From a virus: a DNA stretch of 64,000 nt. Below are positions 62,133 through 64,000 of this stretch, one piece after another. Both the position numbers and the translations under genes were made by a program. The notes beneath the pieces are model-generated. The model had not been told where the DNA came from and made no database searches. It saw only the letters and a program-made list of their open reading frames with translations. The stretch lies in the IMG/VR virus record IMGVR_UViG_3300045988_110202, positions 1 through 64,000 of that record, one strand, 5' to 3'. Numbering within the stretch: the first letter of the stretch is position 1; every line of letters starts with the position of its first letter.

Positions 62133-63122
62133 ATGGCAAGAGAATTAACGCCAGAAGAATTGGTAAAAGCCCCAATGTACATCAATAGAGACGTGCAATT
62201 TGAGATGCCAAGGCGATCTACTAGGGTAGATAAAAAATATAAATGCACATGCTGTGGTAAGAGTTGGGATAATCAGAGAAGCCATTTCGCTAAATCTCCT
62301 TCTCCTTTATACCAGAGTAATGATGGGTATATCAACATCTGTAATGATTGTATGGACTTGTATCTACAGAAGTTGATCAATTACTACAATGGAAATGAAG
62401 TCCACGCAATTAAGCATGTGTGTCAGCAATTTGATGTAGTGTTTCATGTTGATGCATACAAAAATGCAAAGGTTGAAAATCAACCAATCACATTTTCACA
62501 ATATCTTTCAAAGCGTAATCTTCATCAAACAACAAAGGTTGGTAACACATATCTTGATGGAATGAAGACGAAATTTTATGAAGATGGATATGATCATGTT
62601 ATGAGTGCAGAACAAGCTGTAAATGATGATAGTATATCTATTTCTGGTTCAGCTACTAAGAGATGGGGTGCTGGATTTACACAGGCGGATTATAAAAATC
62701 TTGACGAGCATTATAATATGCTGAAAGACAACAATCCAAACATTGATCAGAATCAAGAAATCTTCGTAAAATCGTTATGCAATTTATACATGCTACAAAT
62801 ACGTGCTCTACAGGCAGGCGATTCAAAGAAATATATCGACCTTAGCAGCCAGTATTCTAAAACATTCAACGATGCAGGTCTAAAAACAGTTGAAGAAAAA
62901 GATGAAAGTCAAAATACTACTCTTGGAGTAACATTGGGTACTATATCAAAATATACGCCTGAAGAATTTTATAAAGATAAACCATTATATGAAGATTATG
63001 ATGATTTGGCAGACTATGTGGACAGATTTATGCTACGTCCATTAAGAAATTTACAATATGGATCTTCTGATAGAGATAAGGAATATTTCATTCCTGATGA
63101 TGAGGATTTAGACGATGAATAA
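62133..63122 (+). CDS. Zn-ribbon protein, putative terminase small subunit
   Basis: 329 aa; CTCCGKSW...CNDC; ATGA overlap with the downstream putative TerL. Confidence 0.3.
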   Translation: MARELTPEELVKAPMYINRDVQFEMPRRSTRVDKKYKCTCCGKSWDNQRSHFAKSPSPLYQSNDGYINICNDCMDLYLQKLINYYNGNEVHAIKHVCQQFDVVFHVDAYKNAKVENQPITFSQYLSKRNLHQTTKVGNTYLDGMKTKFYEDGYDHVMSAEQAVNDDSISISGSATKRWGAGFTQADYKNLDEHYNMLKDNNPNIDQNQEIFVKSLCNLYMLQIRALQAGDSKKYIDLSSQYSKTFNDAGLKTVEEKDESQNTTLGVTLGTISKYTPEEFYKDKPLYEDYDDLADYVDRFMLRPLRNLQYGSSDRDKEYFIPDDEDLDDE

Positions 63123-64000
63123 ACAAGTAAGTAAAAAGACCGCTGCCAGACGTCTTAGTAAAATGATTGAACAGTTTCCTGCCGACGAATATCAAAAGGA
63201 ATTGTATAAAAAATTCCCATCTACGCATTATTTAAGCAATCCAACAAATGTTATGCATACATTGGCATGGTGTACGTTTTTTAGGAAAAATTTACACAGA
63301 TTTGTACAAGACTACTTAGAAATTCCAATATATACATATCAACAATTGGCACTATATTATATGGGTGTTTCCAACTCAATTTGTATTGTTGCAGCACGTA
63401 ATGATGCAAAATCATTCTTAATTGCCCTATATGCATGTTCTAGAGCTATTCTTTATCCAGGATCAAAAGTTGTTATTGGTTCTGCTACTCGTGGACAGAG
63501 TAAATTGATTATTACCGAAAAAATTCAAGGTGAATTAATGGTAAAATCGGCTGTTTTAAGAGCAGAAATTGAATATGTTAAGACTAATGGACAAGACGTT
63601 GTTGTAAAATTTTATAACGGATCTACAATTAAAGTGTTTACAGCAAATGATAACGCCCGTGGTATTCGTTCAAATGTTGCTATTAGGGAAGAATTTAGAC
63701 AGATCAAGAAAAATATTGAAGATAATGTCATTTCCCCATTTCAGATGGTACGTCAGCCAGGTTATATACAACTTCCACAATATAAAGATAATCCAGTTTT
63801 AGCGAAAATCTTGCAAGAAGACCCCGTTGATATCTATATTAGCTCATCTTGGCAAGACCCTACACATTGGATGTGGACAATTGTAGACATGAACTATGAA
63901 TTAATGCTGAAACACGGAAAAGGTATGCTTTTAGCATTTGATGAAAGTATATGTCTAAAACATGGATTTAAAACAAAACAACAGTTGATCAAAGAAAAGA
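63119..64000 (+). CDS. putative terminase large subunit, N-terminal ATPase part (runs off the window end)
   Basis: manual translation is open through 64000; 'VAARNDAKS' deviant P-loop and 'GMLLAFDES' Walker-B-like motif. Confidence 0.4.

Overview
This low-GC window of about 64 kb reads as dsDNA phage or prophage sequence, most likely from a Firmicutes host, with two divergently transcribed arms that meet at a roughly 4.3 kb non-coding hub (about 41.0-45.3 kb). The left arm (44-41006) is almost entirely minus-strand; the right arm (45312-end) is plus-strand. Left arm contents: (a) a tightly coupled cluster of a sigma-70-family sigma factor, a Pol-beta-type nucleotidyltransferase, a HigA-like HTH protein, a DHH-DHHA1 (NrnA-like) phosphoesterase and a nucleoside 2-deoxyribosyltransferase-like protein. 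(b) A membrane-anchored J-domain protein, an SPFH/flotillin homolog paired with a TM coiled-coil protein, and a radical-SAM enzyme. (c) Two large unknown proteins, Bro-N and ORF6N antirepressor-family proteins, an orphan MazF/PemK-like toxin, a lambda-type metallophosphatase, a tyrosine integrase and a replisome-organizer (DnaD-like) protein. (d) A long array of about 30 small acidic early ORFs. (e) An interrupted tRNA-like gene and a tRNA 3'-end-like fragment. The hub holds an XRE repressor gene preceded by two identical operator palindromes, iterons plus a perfect 12-bp inverted repeat (ori-like), candidate small transcripts, and an extreme strand-compositional switch (C-depleted block followed by a G-depleted block of about 2 kb). 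The right arm encodes a 961-aa protein carrying the multisubunit-RNAP beta-prime catalytic motif (DFDSDQM, versus DFDGDQM), i.e. a YonO-like non-canonical RNA polymerase, coupled to a 443-aa partner. It also encodes a secreted 3D-domain protein, a second Bro-N paralog, an array of 10 tRNA or tRNA-like genes (several with abnormal anticodon loops) followed by a beta-CASP MBL nuclease, a ClpP-like protease, an SbcD/Mre11-like phosphoesterase, an AntA antirepressor, HU, a Zn-ribbon putative TerS and the N-terminus of a putative TerL. All calls are motif and pattern based from reading the sequence; no database searches were run.
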